Under the pieces are notes generated by a model. That model saw only the letters and a list, made by a program, of their open reading frames with translations. It was not told the DNA's origin and did not search any database. Of a DNA stretch of 64,000 nt, positions 18,531 through 27,816 are shown in pieces. Origin of the DNA: Minisyncoccia bacterium (GTDB lineage Bacteria; Patescibacteriota; Minisyncoccia; 2-02-FULL-40-12; IGHO2-01-FULL-4-A); assembly GCA_050015375.1 (NCBI GenBank), contig JBEKBN010000003.1, positions 16,127 to 80,126 of the forward strand. Direction: 5' to 3'. Positions within the stretch are counted from its first letter, which is position 1. Each line of letters opens with the position of its first letter. A program made the translations under genes and the position numbers.

Positions 18531-20009
18531 TCGGGTAACTATGAACTTTTTCAAATATATCTTCCTGTCCTTTATAAATATCTCATCTTTCAGGCAAGAC
18601 AGCAGCTCTCTCTTCTCCTCTCGCGATCCTTCCTTGAGGATATACTTAGCATAGTTTTTTATATTCACTTCATTGATATTCGCTTCATTCTGATACTTCT
18701 GTCCAAGGACATTACCTATAAATTGCCGGTGTCGTGCCAGTTCTCTTTCAAGCTTCTCTTTCGCTCCGATCTTATCTATCGAAATTTCATCAATTAATTC
18801 CAGGAGCTGGCCGACCAGCTCCTCTTCACGTATGTATTTCTGTCCGCAATATTTGTCGTGGTATTTAGTACAGTGATAATAAATATATTTGGTTATACCT
18901 CCGTTAGCCAGCTTTTTATACTTCTCCGTTGCCGTGATGCCTGATCCGCAAGCTCCGCATTTGAATATTCTTACAAAATTAAATTCTTTTGTTCCCGGTC
19001 TTAACTTCGGAGTGGCTACTATTGCTGTCTGAACCTTGTTGAACAGATCCTGATCTATAATTGGCTCATGGGAACCGTTATAGAATATTCCGCTTCCTTC
19101 AGGATATTCGAACTTACCATAATAATAGTGGCGCTTAAGAGTGCAGTAAATCATACTGAGGGTTATTCTCTTTCCGGTTCGTGTCCTAAAGCTTGTTTCA
19201 TTATTAAGCCAGGCAAGTAAATCCCGTCCGCTGTATCCCTGATATGCGACCTTTTCGAACATCTGTTTTATAAACGGCGCTCTTATCGGGTCCAAAATAA
19301 CTATTTTCTGTCCCTTTTTTGCTGTTGTATCGTGTATATAGCCCAATGGAGGAACTCCCGGCCGCCAGCCCATTTCGCATTTGGTTCGCAATCCGCGTTT
19401 CACATTCTCGCCTTTGTGGTCGTTCTCCAGTTTCGCTTGTGAACACAAGATCATAAGAAGGAACTTCTCGTTCGGTGAATTAGTGAATCGCTGACCATGC
19501 GTCCGAATTTCTTTCAGGACCCCAGCATCCATAAGGTCAACAACTTTACCCAGATCTCCGGCATTTCTTGATATACGGCTCGGATCCCAGGCAATGATGC
19601 CATCGAACTTTCCGTTTCCGATATCTTTTAATAATTCATTGAAGACCGGCCGTAAGCCAGAATCCTTTGCTGAATGGCTTTCCTGTTTAATCTCAGAGAC
19701 GGTCAAACCATCCCGATTTGCCATCTGGATCATCTCCTTTATCTGAGACTCAATAGAGAGCGCCTGACGCTCGTCCTGCTCGCTTGATTTGCGGGCATAG
19801 AGGCAATACCTCAAAGACCCCTTCAAAGTCTTGCGAAAGATGGTTAGAGACCTGCTTGGGGAGCTTACAAAACAAAACAACCCAGTTGGGTTGTTTTGTT
19901 TTGTAAGATTCCGTCGGGGAGAAAGCCGACTTCTCGGCTTTCGTTCGGACTCGAAGGGCGCAAACGATATTTTTTCAGCAGAAAAAATCGTGCGCCCGTG
20001 GTCAGACAA
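18519..20009 (-). CDS. large serine recombinase (true start probably near 19821, not 20009)
   Basis: Catalytic LRYCLYARKSSEQDERQ, resolvase core, and a large C-terminal recombinase domain with a Zn-ribbon-like CGACGSG...CTKYHDKYC. The ORF-track start is a TTG at 20009, and the ORF reads through a 44-bp palindrome. A TTG giving MKGSLRYCLY lies just downstream of the palindrome. Confidence 0.85.
   Translation of the reverse strand: MSDHGRTIFSAEKISFAPFESERKPRSRLSPRRNLTKQNNPTGLFCFVSSPSRSLTIFRKTLKGSLRYCLYARKSSEQDERQALSIESQIKEMIQMANRDGLTVSEIKQESHSAKDSGLRPVFNELLKDIGNGKFDGIIAWDPSRISRNAGDLGKVVDLMDAGVLKEIRTHGQRFTNSPNEKFLLMILCSQAKLENDHKGENVKRGLRTKCEMGWRPGVPPLGYIHDTTAKKGQKIVILDPIRAPFIKQMFEKVAYQGYSGRDLLAWLNNETSFRTRTGKRITLSMIYCTLKRHYYYGKFEYPEGSGIFYNGSHEPIIDQDLFNKVQTAIVATPKLRPGTKEFNFVRIFKCGACGSGITATEKYKKLANGGITKYIYYHCTKYHDKYCGQKYIREEELVGQLLELIDEISIDKIGAKEKLERELARHRQFIGNVLGQKYQNEANINEVNIKNYAKYILKEGSREEKRELLSCLKDEIFIKDRKIYLKKFIVTRSTQ
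19864..19907. repeat. 44-bp element: perfect 21-bp inverted repeats flanking a central non-palindromic GT (candidate serine-recombinase crossover/att or res site)
   Basis: cttacaaaacaaaacaaccca GT tgggttgttttgttttgtaag. Located immediately 5' of the recombinase catalytic domain coding region. Confidence 0.6.
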
Positions 20010-20035
20010 AACCAGCTGACCGAGCGGGTTTTAGC

Positions 20036-20060
20036 CGCGACCGAGTCCTACCCGTGGAGC
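20036..20060. repeat. 25-bp direct repeat, copy 1 (gcgaccgagtcctacccgtggagc)
   Basis: Recurs at 21085-21109 with one mismatch (T/C). Confidence 0.7.
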
Positions 20061-20169
20061 TAGATAGCAAACAATATAGCGTTTTTTCATCGATTCACTG
20101 CATTGATTTTGATAAAAAAGCCCACTTTGTGTGGGCATGCAGATTGTCAGCTATATTGTTTTTCTATAT

Positions 20170-20958
20170 TTATTTCTTCAAAAAATTATATTCCAGAAAG
20201 ACCTGAATAATCGGCAGCTGCTGATTAGAAGGATATTGTAAACCAACAATGTTTGCATCGGCATAGTTTCGCCTAAAAGCTAAACCACCACTAAAGCCCA
20301 GCATTCCCCGACCTTCTTTTGTGTCGCAATCGCTTACGCAGATCTTGAAACCACCAAGCAAAGTCATCGGCACACGATAGTAGGCGACTTGTTTTTTTAA
20401 TAAGGTCTCATCGCCACCATACTCGCTATAACCTTGCCTAAGAGAAACATTCATCCAGAATGGAAATGATGTGTAGGCCTCACTTGTAAGCCAGAACCGG
20501 CCCCCTAAACGAACCGATGTTTCACCAAATGCACCGAGACGTACGGGCGAGCTTTTTAATTCGAAATAAGTAACCGTGCTCCCGATACAATAACACCCAT
20601 ATTGAACTTCGTTTGAATGGTCGCCGTTAAAAATTATCATCCCTCCGGCAGCTAGTTCAAGGCGATTTCCAAAATTCAGAGTCGGTCCAAACTCTCCGGG
20701 TATCATAATCATTCCCGAATGCAACTTAATCCGATCAATCGCATATATGCTTAAATACCCCGATGGGTATTGGACAGTTCTAAGAACTTCGGGAAAGTTA
20801 CTATATGAAGTGATCCTCCAAGGGTTAGGCGCGTATCCACCTTTAAACTTAAAGCCCAGGATAACGCCATGCGGTTTATCATTTTGTTGGGCATTTTGCG
20901 CCCAAGCAACTGGCGCCAATAGACAAAAAAGTAAAACAGCCACGGCACGTTTTAGCAT
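20170..20958 (-). CDS. secreted protein with N-terminal signal peptide (beta-rich, OMP-like composition)
   Basis: MLKRAVAVLLFCLLAPVAWAQNAQQ signal peptide. Gly/aromatic-rich alternating pattern. Sits between the two 25-bp direct repeats. Confidence 0.5.
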   Translation of the reverse strand: MLKRAVAVLLFCLLAPVAWAQNAQQNDKPHGVILGFKFKGGYAPNPWRITSYSNFPEVLRTVQYPSGYLSIYAIDRIKLHSGMIMIPGEFGPTLNFGNRLELAAGGMIIFNGDHSNEVQYGCYCIGSTVTYFELKSSPVRLGAFGETSVRLGGRFWLTSEAYTSFPFWMNVSLRQGYSEYGGDETLLKKQVAYYRVPMTLLGGFKICVSDCDTKEGRGMLGFSGGLAFRRNYADANIVGLQYPSNQQLPIIQVFLEYNFLKK

Positions 20959-21084
20959 TTTCCTACCTCTCTTCCTTTGTTAAAGATAAGCCAATACTAC
21001 CCTTACTTTTTCGGGTAGTCAAGGCGTTCATTACCCACACCTTAAAACTTGAAAATCCATGGAAATAAGTGCAAGGTGAGAGTC

Positions 21085-21109
21085 GCGACCGAGTCCTACC
21101 CGCGGAGCC
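21085..21109. repeat. 25-bp direct repeat, copy 2
   Basis: cgcgaccgagtcctacccgcggagc. Confidence 0.7.
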
Positions 21110-21163
21110 CTAATTTGACAAATACCACAGTGATGTGGTAGTATTGTTGTAAAAGGAGGGGGT

Positions 21164-21442
21164 ATGGCAAAGGTACCTAAGTCGTATCTTAATAAACGTC
21201 GTCCGCCGATTCAAGAAGCAGTGTTTCTGGAAGGGGACATTAGCTTGATCGACGCAATAAAGTCACTCGAAAAAAAGGGGTATTTCACCCCTCGCCCAAG
21301 ACCGTGGAAGCCAGGGTTCAACAATCGTGGGATGGGTCACGGCGATTATGCCATCCTTGATCGTTTTGGGGACATCGTGGCAGAAAAAGTCAGCAAAGAA
21401 GACGCCGGATTCATCATCTCTGCGGTCAATGCAAAGAAGTAG
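21164..21442 (+). CDS. hypothetical protein
   Basis: 92-aa ORF preceded by aaaggaggggg RBS-like purine tract. Confidence 0.45.
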   Translation: MAKVPKSYLNKRRPPIQEAVFLEGDISLIDAIKSLEKKGYFTPRPRPWKPGFNNRGMGHGDYAILDRFGDIVAEKVSKEDAGFIISAVNAKK

Positions 21443-21446
21443 TGGC

Positions 21447-21512
21447 ATCTCGTCGTTACACAAGAAGTCGTCCATTGGGCGCACTTCCCAGTGTGACGAC
21501 TTTTTTATTTCA
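21447..21512 (+). terminator. rho-independent terminator
   Basis: aagtcgtcc...gacgacttttttatttc hairpin followed by a T-run. Confidence 0.55.
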
Positions 21513-21688
21513 AAAAGCTAAAGCATATTTTAATAATTGAAAATCTATAACAGCTTTAGCCCAATCCGGTGTTCTGAACTTGTCTAGGTTGCGGAGCATT
21601 TATTTCAGCATTGTTTTTCTGTGCATATTTTGATACTCTTTTATGGGGTTCTTTTTTTATGGTTTTTTAAAAAGAAAGGGATTTAGCA

Positions 21689-22072
21689 ATGAGCCGCGAT
21701 ATAAAGATTTTGTCAGCATTTAATGGACGGCTGCATGAATCGACAATCCATAGAGCGGAAGCACTTATATGTATTGAGGTAGACGGCAATGCTTTCTATT
21801 TCGACAAGAAAGAAGCAAAAGAGTATGGCGTGACGATTGAAGGAGGTTCTAAAAATAACCCAGAAGAACTTATTTCCCCCCTCTTGGTTATTGCTGCCGA
21901 CGGGCTCGCTATGTCTGTTAACAAATTGGTTAAGGAGGGATTCCTTGACTCCCGCTCTGACGCGGCTGACCGGTTACTCAATTACGCTTCTATGCGTTTT
22001 GGCGACAGAGATCCCATTGGTGACCTAGAAAAAAGTGTGACCGAATATGAGAATCGACCCGCAAAAGCATGA
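21689..22072 (+). CDS. hypothetical protein
   Basis: 127-aa ORF. Confidence 0.4.
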   Translation: MSRDIKILSAFNGRLHESTIHRAEALICIEVDGNAFYFDKKEAKEYGVTIEGGSKNNPEELISPLLVIAADGLAMSVNKLVKEGFLDSRSDAADRLLNYASMRFGDRDPIGDLEKSVTEYENRPAKA

Positions 22073-22478
22073 GAGCCCAACCGGCTCTTTTTATTTTTTC
22101 AATAGGTTCTGACATCAATGCTTCCCCGGAGCAGAGAGAATTTTGAAATGACTTTATGATTAAAAAATGATATAATTATTGAAGGGTCGATATATTTAAT
22201 TAACCTAATTATATCCTATATAAGCTCCTCGGCTCGGAAATGAAAACTTAAGACAGTTTTCATTTCTCTCGCTCTACGTCGCTTATAAAACTATGGTAAA
22301 AGGAAACTTCATTGGTGCGGCGATTGTTGCAATAATCTACACCGTCTATATTGTATGGAATCCTCTTGCATCGCGCTCGCAAACAGCAATATTATTAGTG
22401 GTTCTTAACGCTTTGACCATCGTGTTGATGGCTTTTGCATTCAGATAAAAAAGAGAAATAAGAATTTACCGCTAAAAT

Positions 22479-23222
22479 ATGAAAAAGAATCTTGTATTTA
22501 TTTTTCTGATAATAATTATTCTTGTATGCGCGGGAGTTTGGTATGTCAATAAAAAGGAAAACAAAGGTTTGTCTACTTCGCCATCCCCGTCTCCCATAGC
22601 TCAAGCCACTTATATTTGTAATGGCGGCAAAACAATAAACGCCGCATTTTATAAGGGAGAGCCCAAACCGGTAGAATCGGGTCAACCGCCGATTCCTACG
22701 GGAAGCGTAAAGATCGTTTTGAGCGACGGGCGAAGTTTTGATTTGCCCCAAACCATTTCCGCTGACGGGAGCCGCTATGCCAATAGCGATGAATCATTCG
22801 TTTTTTGGAGTAAAGGAGATGGCGCGATCGTGCTGGAAAACAATGTCGAAAAAAATTATACAGGATGCGTTGTGTCCGCCAATAATACCGGAGTTCAGGG
22901 TATAAAAGTCATTTCGCCCAATGGCGGAGAGATCTGGTCAAAGAACCAAAAAGTCCAAATATCGTGGAGCGCGGCAAAAGAAATAAAATCCGTAAATATT
23001 CGGCTGGCAATTTCGGGAAGCGCAGACAGCCAAAATTTCAACGCCGCCATCGCCTCGAATGTTCCCAACACCGGCAGCTACGACTGGACCGTACAGGATT
23101 TGTATGCGGAGGTATTAGGCATAAAAGCTTTGCCCGCATCAAACAAATATCTCGTTACCGTGGAAGATAATGAGCACAACAATATATTCGATACGAGCGA
23201 CGCGACTCTTACTATTAAATAA
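22479..23222 (+). CDS. lipoprotein with MliC-like (lysozyme-inhibitor fold) N-terminal domain
   Basis: Signal/lipobox-like N-terminus (LVCAG). ATYICNGGKTINAAFY...VLSDGRSFDLPQTISADGSRYANSDESFVFWSKGDGAIV matches the MliC pattern (YxC, SGSGARY-like, WxKGDEA). Confidence 0.55.
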   Translation: MKKNLVFIFLIIIILVCAGVWYVNKKENKGLSTSPSPSPIAQATYICNGGKTINAAFYKGEPKPVESGQPPIPTGSVKIVLSDGRSFDLPQTISADGSRYANSDESFVFWSKGDGAIVLENNVEKNYTGCVVSANNTGVQGIKVISPNGGEIWSKNQKVQISWSAAKEIKSVNIRLAISGSADSQNFNAAIASNVPNTGSYDWTVQDLYAEVLGIKALPASNKYLVTVEDNEHNNIFDTSDATLTIK

Positions 23223-23374
23223 TCCCATCACGCCCTCTAATTTCCCGAATAAAACAGAACTTGTTCCAGAGATTCTGCATGTATTCAGCATCTGATATTC
23301 ATCAAACAAAGACCGGCATTCAAATTTGAGGCCGGCCTTTTTCATTTCAGGCAGTTTTTTGCTAGGATGATAAA

Positions 23375-24001
23375 ATGTTGGTCACGAAAGGCAAAACCAA
23401 CTGGAAATATTTGCTGACGGTGGTAATACTTGCCGGAGCGGTCCTCGCAATTTTATTGCCGGTTCAGATCAACTTGTTGAACAATGACCTATCGGCAGAA
23501 ATTTCGGCTTCTATGCAGGGTTTTGTTCCGCGGGCGACGGGGCTTGACCCGAATTTTGCGAAACAGGTCAGCGAGTGTCTTATTCCTGTAGCCGGTATCT
23601 ACGGTTACACATTGCGGGTCGTGTCGGGTTTTCGGAGTATTTCCGACCAGCAAGCCATCTATCAATCGGGCCGGACTGTGGACGGCCACATCGTCAGCTG
23701 GGCCGAACCCGGGCGGAGTTTGCATAATTATGGTTTCGCCGTGGACATCGTGGACAGGTGGCGGGGTTATGATATTGATTTTGACAAGCTCGCCAAGATC
23801 GGCAAATATTGCGGGCTGGAACAAGTTGACCCTCCGCACTTCGAACACCGGGCTGGGCTCACCACGGGCCAATTTGAGGCCGGCAAGAGGCCGCCGCCAC
23901 TTACTCTACCGTGCGCGGTCATGGACGAACGCGCAAAAACCAGTCAGACATTAACGCTGGCCGATTTGAAAAATAACAACTGCGGCACGCCGGAATTTTA
24001 A
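23375..24001 (+). CDS. peptidase M15 (VanY / D-Ala-D-Ala carboxypeptidase-like) family protein
   Basis: SGFRS...SLHNYGFAVDI zinc-binding motifs. N-terminal TM anchor. Confidence 0.7.
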   Translation: MLVTKGKTNWKYLLTVVILAGAVLAILLPVQINLLNNDLSAEISASMQGFVPRATGLDPNFAKQVSECLIPVAGIYGYTLRVVSGFRSISDQQAIYQSGRTVDGHIVSWAEPGRSLHNYGFAVDIVDRWRGYDIDFDKLAKIGKYCGLEQVDPPHFEHRAGLTTGQFEAGKRPPPLTLPCAVMDERAKTSQTLTLADLKNNNCGTPEF

Positions 24002-24016
24002 ATTGCAGGGAGAAGA

Positions 24017-24931
24017 TTATAGACGAACTCTTCCGCCCATTCTGAAGAAGGATTGCCAGTAAAAAACTATCGAACGCGCCGGACGGGTGTTTTTTGGTGT
24101 CGGATTAAAACCCTGAACGCCGACCGCGACTCTCAAAGTTCTGATTCGGGCAACATTCGGTTGTCTGGCGGCGATAGGCGAAATGGCGGCATTGTTCCTG
24201 GTGACGCTAAAACTTGCTCCATCAATTCCAAGAGAAGAAACACCGGCCAGGACCTGATTATTGCCGGTTTCCATGGTGATCGGGTCGGCGCCTGCTTGCA
24301 ATAAATTGAACGTCTGGCCGTTTTCAACGATTGAACAATTGGAGAAATTGATGGTTCCGAAATTATCCAAAGGAATGAAACTTCGGGTGGAATCCAAAAT
24401 GGGCATTTCCTCGATCCATTCGGCCGATGATTCGGACGAAGAATATTGAACCGTAGTTTGATAATTTTGGCCGGTGGTGTTGTCGGTGAGCGAGACCAGC
24501 CATTGATTTCCAGATTGGTTCGTAATGACGGCGGAAATAGAATCACCCGGATGAACCGCCAGCGACAACGGCCGTAAGGAACTCGGCAAACTTTCTATCC
24601 AGGCCTGATAAACCATTTGGCCATTGGAGCCGGTGATCGCCTGGGTGCCGATCTGCAACAAATCGCTTCCACTCACTCCGCCGATGCCGACCCAGGTGGC
24701 ATCTGAAGCCAAAGAAGCCGACGGGTTGCTGACCGACGGAATGACCCAGCTTCCCATAACGGAGGTGATCAAACTTCCAGTTGCGGCATAACCTGACCAA
24801 TTGAGAGAGGCATTCGGATTTCCGGCTGCGGAAAACGGCGATTGTTCAGCAAATACCCGAGAGATATTCGCCAGCAAAAAACCCGGAATTACGGTCAAAA
24901 ACAAGAGCAAATATAATATGGTTTTTTTCAT
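24017..24931 (-). CDS. peptidase G1 (eqolisin / glutamic peptidase)-like secreted protein
   Basis: Signal peptide. NWSGYA, ATWVGIGG, QAWIE and AEWIEE resemble G1-family blocks around the catalytic Gln and Glu. Confidence 0.55.
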   Translation of the reverse strand: MKKTILYLLLFLTVIPGFLLANISRVFAEQSPFSAAGNPNASLNWSGYAATGSLITSVMGSWVIPSVSNPSASLASDATWVGIGGVSGSDLLQIGTQAITGSNGQMVYQAWIESLPSSLRPLSLAVHPGDSISAVITNQSGNQWLVSLTDNTTGQNYQTTVQYSSSESSAEWIEEMPILDSTRSFIPLDNFGTINFSNCSIVENGQTFNLLQAGADPITMETGNNQVLAGVSSLGIDGASFSVTRNNAAISPIAARQPNVARIRTLRVAVGVQGFNPTPKNTRPARSIVFYWQSFFRMGGRVRL

Positions 24932-25047
24932 GTTGTTGATGAATTAAATTCAACGTTTTAGAAATTCCGCTGATTTTGCATACTACAACTAATACGATAT
25001 AAATGTCAAAAATGGTGCGCCTTGCCATGATTTGGTATAATTAAAAT

Positions 25048-25245
25048 GTGGATGGGCTAGAACCAAAAATCGAAGAACTGGAACAAAAAATGGATAAGCT
25101 CCAGAAGTCCATTGACCGGATGAACAAGATTTTTTTGTGGACGCTGATACTCGGCATCGCTTTTATTGTCATCCCGTTGATTGGCCTGGCGTTCGTCTTG
25201 CCCTCTTTCATGAACAATTATGTTAACACACTCCAATTGCCGTGA
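25048..25245 (+). CDS. small membrane protein
   Basis: 65-aa ORF with a coiled N-terminus and one TM helix. Confidence 0.3.
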   Translation: MDGLEPKIEELEQKMDKLQKSIDRMNKIFLWTLILGIAFIVIPLIGLAFVLPSFMNNYVNTLQLP

Positions 25246-25322
25246 TGCTTTGTCCGGGAAAGAACATCCGACAAAAAACTTCCGCCTCGCGGAAGTTTTT
25301 TGTCGGACCCATCGGCAAGAAA

Positions 25323-26126
25323 TTAGAAACCAAATAATTTAGAAAAGAAATTGCCGATCCTGCCGAAGAAACCGAGATTTTGATTTGGTTTGGCGCCCGG
25401 TTGGGAAGTGGCCGTGGTTGTCGGCGCGTGCTGGTCAATGATCGAGGAAGCCGTGACCGAGGTGCCGTTGACCGTGCCTTGGATGACCACTGAATCACCG
25501 ACGCTGATACTCGAGATCGTAATAGTGTTTTGACCCTGGACAATTTTAGCATTGGTGGCGTCAACTGTGTAGGTGATATTGCTCTTATTGGTAACAGTGA
25601 GAGTCGAGCCGCTGATTGCCGAAATAGTGCCCGCGATAACTGGTTGGCCATTGCCGGTGATCGGAAGCGGAACGGGCGTTTGTCCGGGTTTGCCGATTCG
25701 GCCGCCCATTATGCCATCATGGATCATCGTAGCGGTGACGGACGTACCACTGACCGTTCCCTGAACCATTATTGTATCTCCCACAGCTATGCTCGCAATT
25801 GTACCCGCTGCGTTGTTCTTTGTTATCTTGGCGTTTGTCGCGTCAACTGTGTAAATTGTAGCCACCGGAGTCGCGGTTGGCGTCGGGTTAGGGCTCGTGC
25901 GTGGCCCGCGATTGAAACCTCGGTTTTCGCTGACCGTGATCGTATCGCCGCTAATCGCCGTAACCGTGCCGAAAACCGCCGGTATCGCTCTATTGGCCGC
26001 CATATTCACGCCGTTTTTTGAAACCGTCTGACTTGAGCTTGCATGGGCCACCAAAGTTAAAACCGTGTAAAACACAGAACTTACTACCGTAAAACTCACC
26101 AACCCCAACAAAATTTTGTTCTTCAT
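25323..26126 (-). CDS. secreted repeat protein
   Basis: Signal peptide and an internal duplicated ~90-aa module (TYTVDATNAKI...VGD.V.VQGTV.GTSVTA). Confidence 0.5.
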   Translation of the reverse strand: MKNKILLGLVSFTVVSSVFYTVLTLVAHASSSQTVSKNGVNMAANRAIPAVFGTVTAISGDTITVSENRGFNRGPRTSPNPTPTATPVATIYTVDATNAKITKNNAAGTIASIAVGDTIMVQGTVSGTSVTATMIHDGIMGGRIGKPGQTPVPLPITGNGQPVIAGTISAISGSTLTVTNKSNITYTVDATNAKIVQGQNTITISSISVGDSVVIQGTVNGTSVTASSIIDQHAPTTTATSQPGAKPNQNLGFFGRIGNFFSKLFGF

Positions 26127-26232
26127 GAATTTTCATTAAGTCGGATTTCGCTTCGTAAAGCAAAATGCGACTTGTTATGTTACTAAATAATACGGCCAAA
26201 ATATGACAAAGGTGCACCCTTTAATTGACTCC

Positions 26233-26323
26233 GTCCCGATTTTCTTCCCGCCGAAAGCGGGATTAGAAAATCGAGGATCCTCGATTTGTAACCCACCGAC
26301 TTTGTCGGTGGACAAATCGGGAC
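26233..26323. other. 91-nt cloverleaf-like (four-way junction) inverted-repeat element
   Basis: Outer 10-bp stem gtcccgattt/aaatcgggac encloses three hairpins: cccgc-cgaaa-gcggg, the 20-nt perfect palindrome aaatcgaggatcctcgattt, and ccaccgac-ttt-gtcggtgg. Confidence 0.4.
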
Positions 26324-26363
26324 AATATATGATAAACTAGTCAAGTCGCGTCAACACCAAACA

Positions 26364-26960
26364 ATGAATTCTCTCTCATCTTTTTTCTTTTTCTCGTGGC
26401 TTCTCAAATATCGTTATCTGGCGATCTTTCCGATAGCGGTTTTTGAAGGGCCGATCTTGACGGTCATTGTCGGTTTTTTGGCTTCGCTGGGCATTTTTAA
26501 TTTGCTCATTTCCTATACGGTCATTGTCCTTGGCGATCTGACCGGAGATTCATTACACTATGCCGTCGGCCGCTATGGCGGCAGAAAATTCATTGAAAAA
26601 TGGGGCCGTTACGTCGGCTTGTCTTTTGAAAAGATCGAGCCGATCGAAAGACAATTTGAAAAAAGAGGCAATACGTTGCTCTTTTGGGGTAAAGCCATGC
26701 ACGGTCTTGGCGGCGCTTTTCTCATTGCTGCCGGTTTGATCCACATGCCGTTCAGAAAATTCATTCTTTCTAATTTTTGGCCGACGCTTCTTAAGTCGGC
26801 GATTCTATTGATGGTCGGCTTCTTTTTCGGCCAATCCATCACCCACATCAAATCGATCTTGGATTTCATAGCTTACGCCGTTGCCGGTGCTGTCGCTCTG
26901 GCTGTGGCAATTTATTTTTTCTATGTCCGAGGCAAAACAAAAACCGATGAACTCAAATGA
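26364..26960 (+). CDS. DedA / SNARE-associated (TVP38) family membrane protein
   Basis: FPIAVFEGP...GRYGGRKFIEKWGRY typical DedA blocks. Confidence 0.65.
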   Translation: MNSLSSFFFFSWLLKYRYLAIFPIAVFEGPILTVIVGFLASLGIFNLLISYTVIVLGDLTGDSLHYAVGRYGGRKFIEKWGRYVGLSFEKIEPIERQFEKRGNTLLFWGKAMHGLGGAFLIAAGLIHMPFRKFILSNFWPTLLKSAILLMVGFFFGQSITHIKSILDFIAYAVAGAVALAVAIYFFYVRGKTKTDELK

Positions 26961-27816
26961 TTTGAAATTCGTCGAAACGGGAAAGGGGAGGATATATTAT
27001 AAATTTATTGCGGGCGCGATTTCGCGCTCGCGCGAAATCGCGCCCGCGGCCGAGCCAATTTTCGCGAAACCGACTCTCATTTTTCTCCATGGCCTTTCGG
27101 CTAATCATACGACCTGGACGGCGGTTGCGGAACAATTCAACCGCCTGGGCTACGATTGTTTATTGCCCGATATGCGCGGACACGGATACTCTGACAAGAC
27201 AAAATCCCGCTCGCTCTACCATCTGCCGGTTTTCGCCGATGACCTTGACCTGATTTTTAAAAAAGAAAACCTTTCGGAAGTTGTTTTGATCGGCTATTCT
27301 TTCGGCGGTTCAGTAGCGCTCCGGTACGCTGTTGATCATCCCGGATCGGTCAAAAATTTAGTCCTCATCAGCACTAATTTCGTCAGCCCGCTGGATTATC
27401 ACGGTCTTGGTTTTTTGAACTTTTTGGCCTATACTTTTGTGAACGGTTTTGCTTGGTCAATGTTTTGGCAAGGCCGCCGAAATTACTATTATTACGACCA
27501 TGCCACCGCCAAGGGTTATTGGCACAGCACATTCACAGGTTGGACGGCAATGCCCGTTTGCGTCAATCATTGGCTCTTAGCCGAATTGTTAAAAGTCGAT
27601 TTTTCCGCCGATCTGGGAAAAATCAAATGTCCGGTCTTGATCGTCCGCGGCGGCAACGACCCGTTCCTGACCAAAAAAGAAGCCGTGAAAATGGCGGAGG
27701 GCATTTCCAGTTCGAAGCTCGTCCAGCTTGATGACTCCAGCCACTTCCTGGCTTCAAAAAATCAAGAGCAAATTTTCCAAGTTATCAGCGGATATCTTAA
27801 CGAACAAAAAAAATGA
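26947..27816 (+). CDS. alpha/beta hydrolase
   Basis: LIFLHGLSANHTTW, GYSFGG (GxSxG) and a C-terminal His region. The track start at 26881 is probably an upstream extension, so MNSNDLKF at 26947 was used. Confidence 0.65.
   Translation: MNSNDLKFVETGKGRIYYKFIAGAISRSREIAPAAEPIFAKPTLIFLHGLSANHTTWTAVAEQFNRLGYDCLLPDMRGHGYSDKTKSRSLYHLPVFADDLDLIFKKENLSEVVLIGYSFGGSVALRYAVDHPGSVKNLVLISTNFVSPLDYHGLGFLNFLAYTFVNGFAWSMFWQGRRNYYYYDHATAKGYWHSTFTGWTAMPVCVNHWLLAELLKVDFSADLGKIKCPVLIVRGGNDPFLTKKEAVKMAEGISSSKLVQLDDSSHFLASKNQEQIFQVISGYLNEQKK
27010..27047. repeat. 38-nt GC-rich perfect palindrome inside the hydrolase CDS
   Basis: gcgggcgcgatttcgcgc tc gcgcgaaatcgcgcccgc, in frame, encoding AISRSREIAPA. Confidence 0.8.

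Noticed and set aside
20036-21109. CRISPR array
   Set aside because: Only two repeat copies about 1 kb apart, with a protein-coding gene between them. No cas genes.
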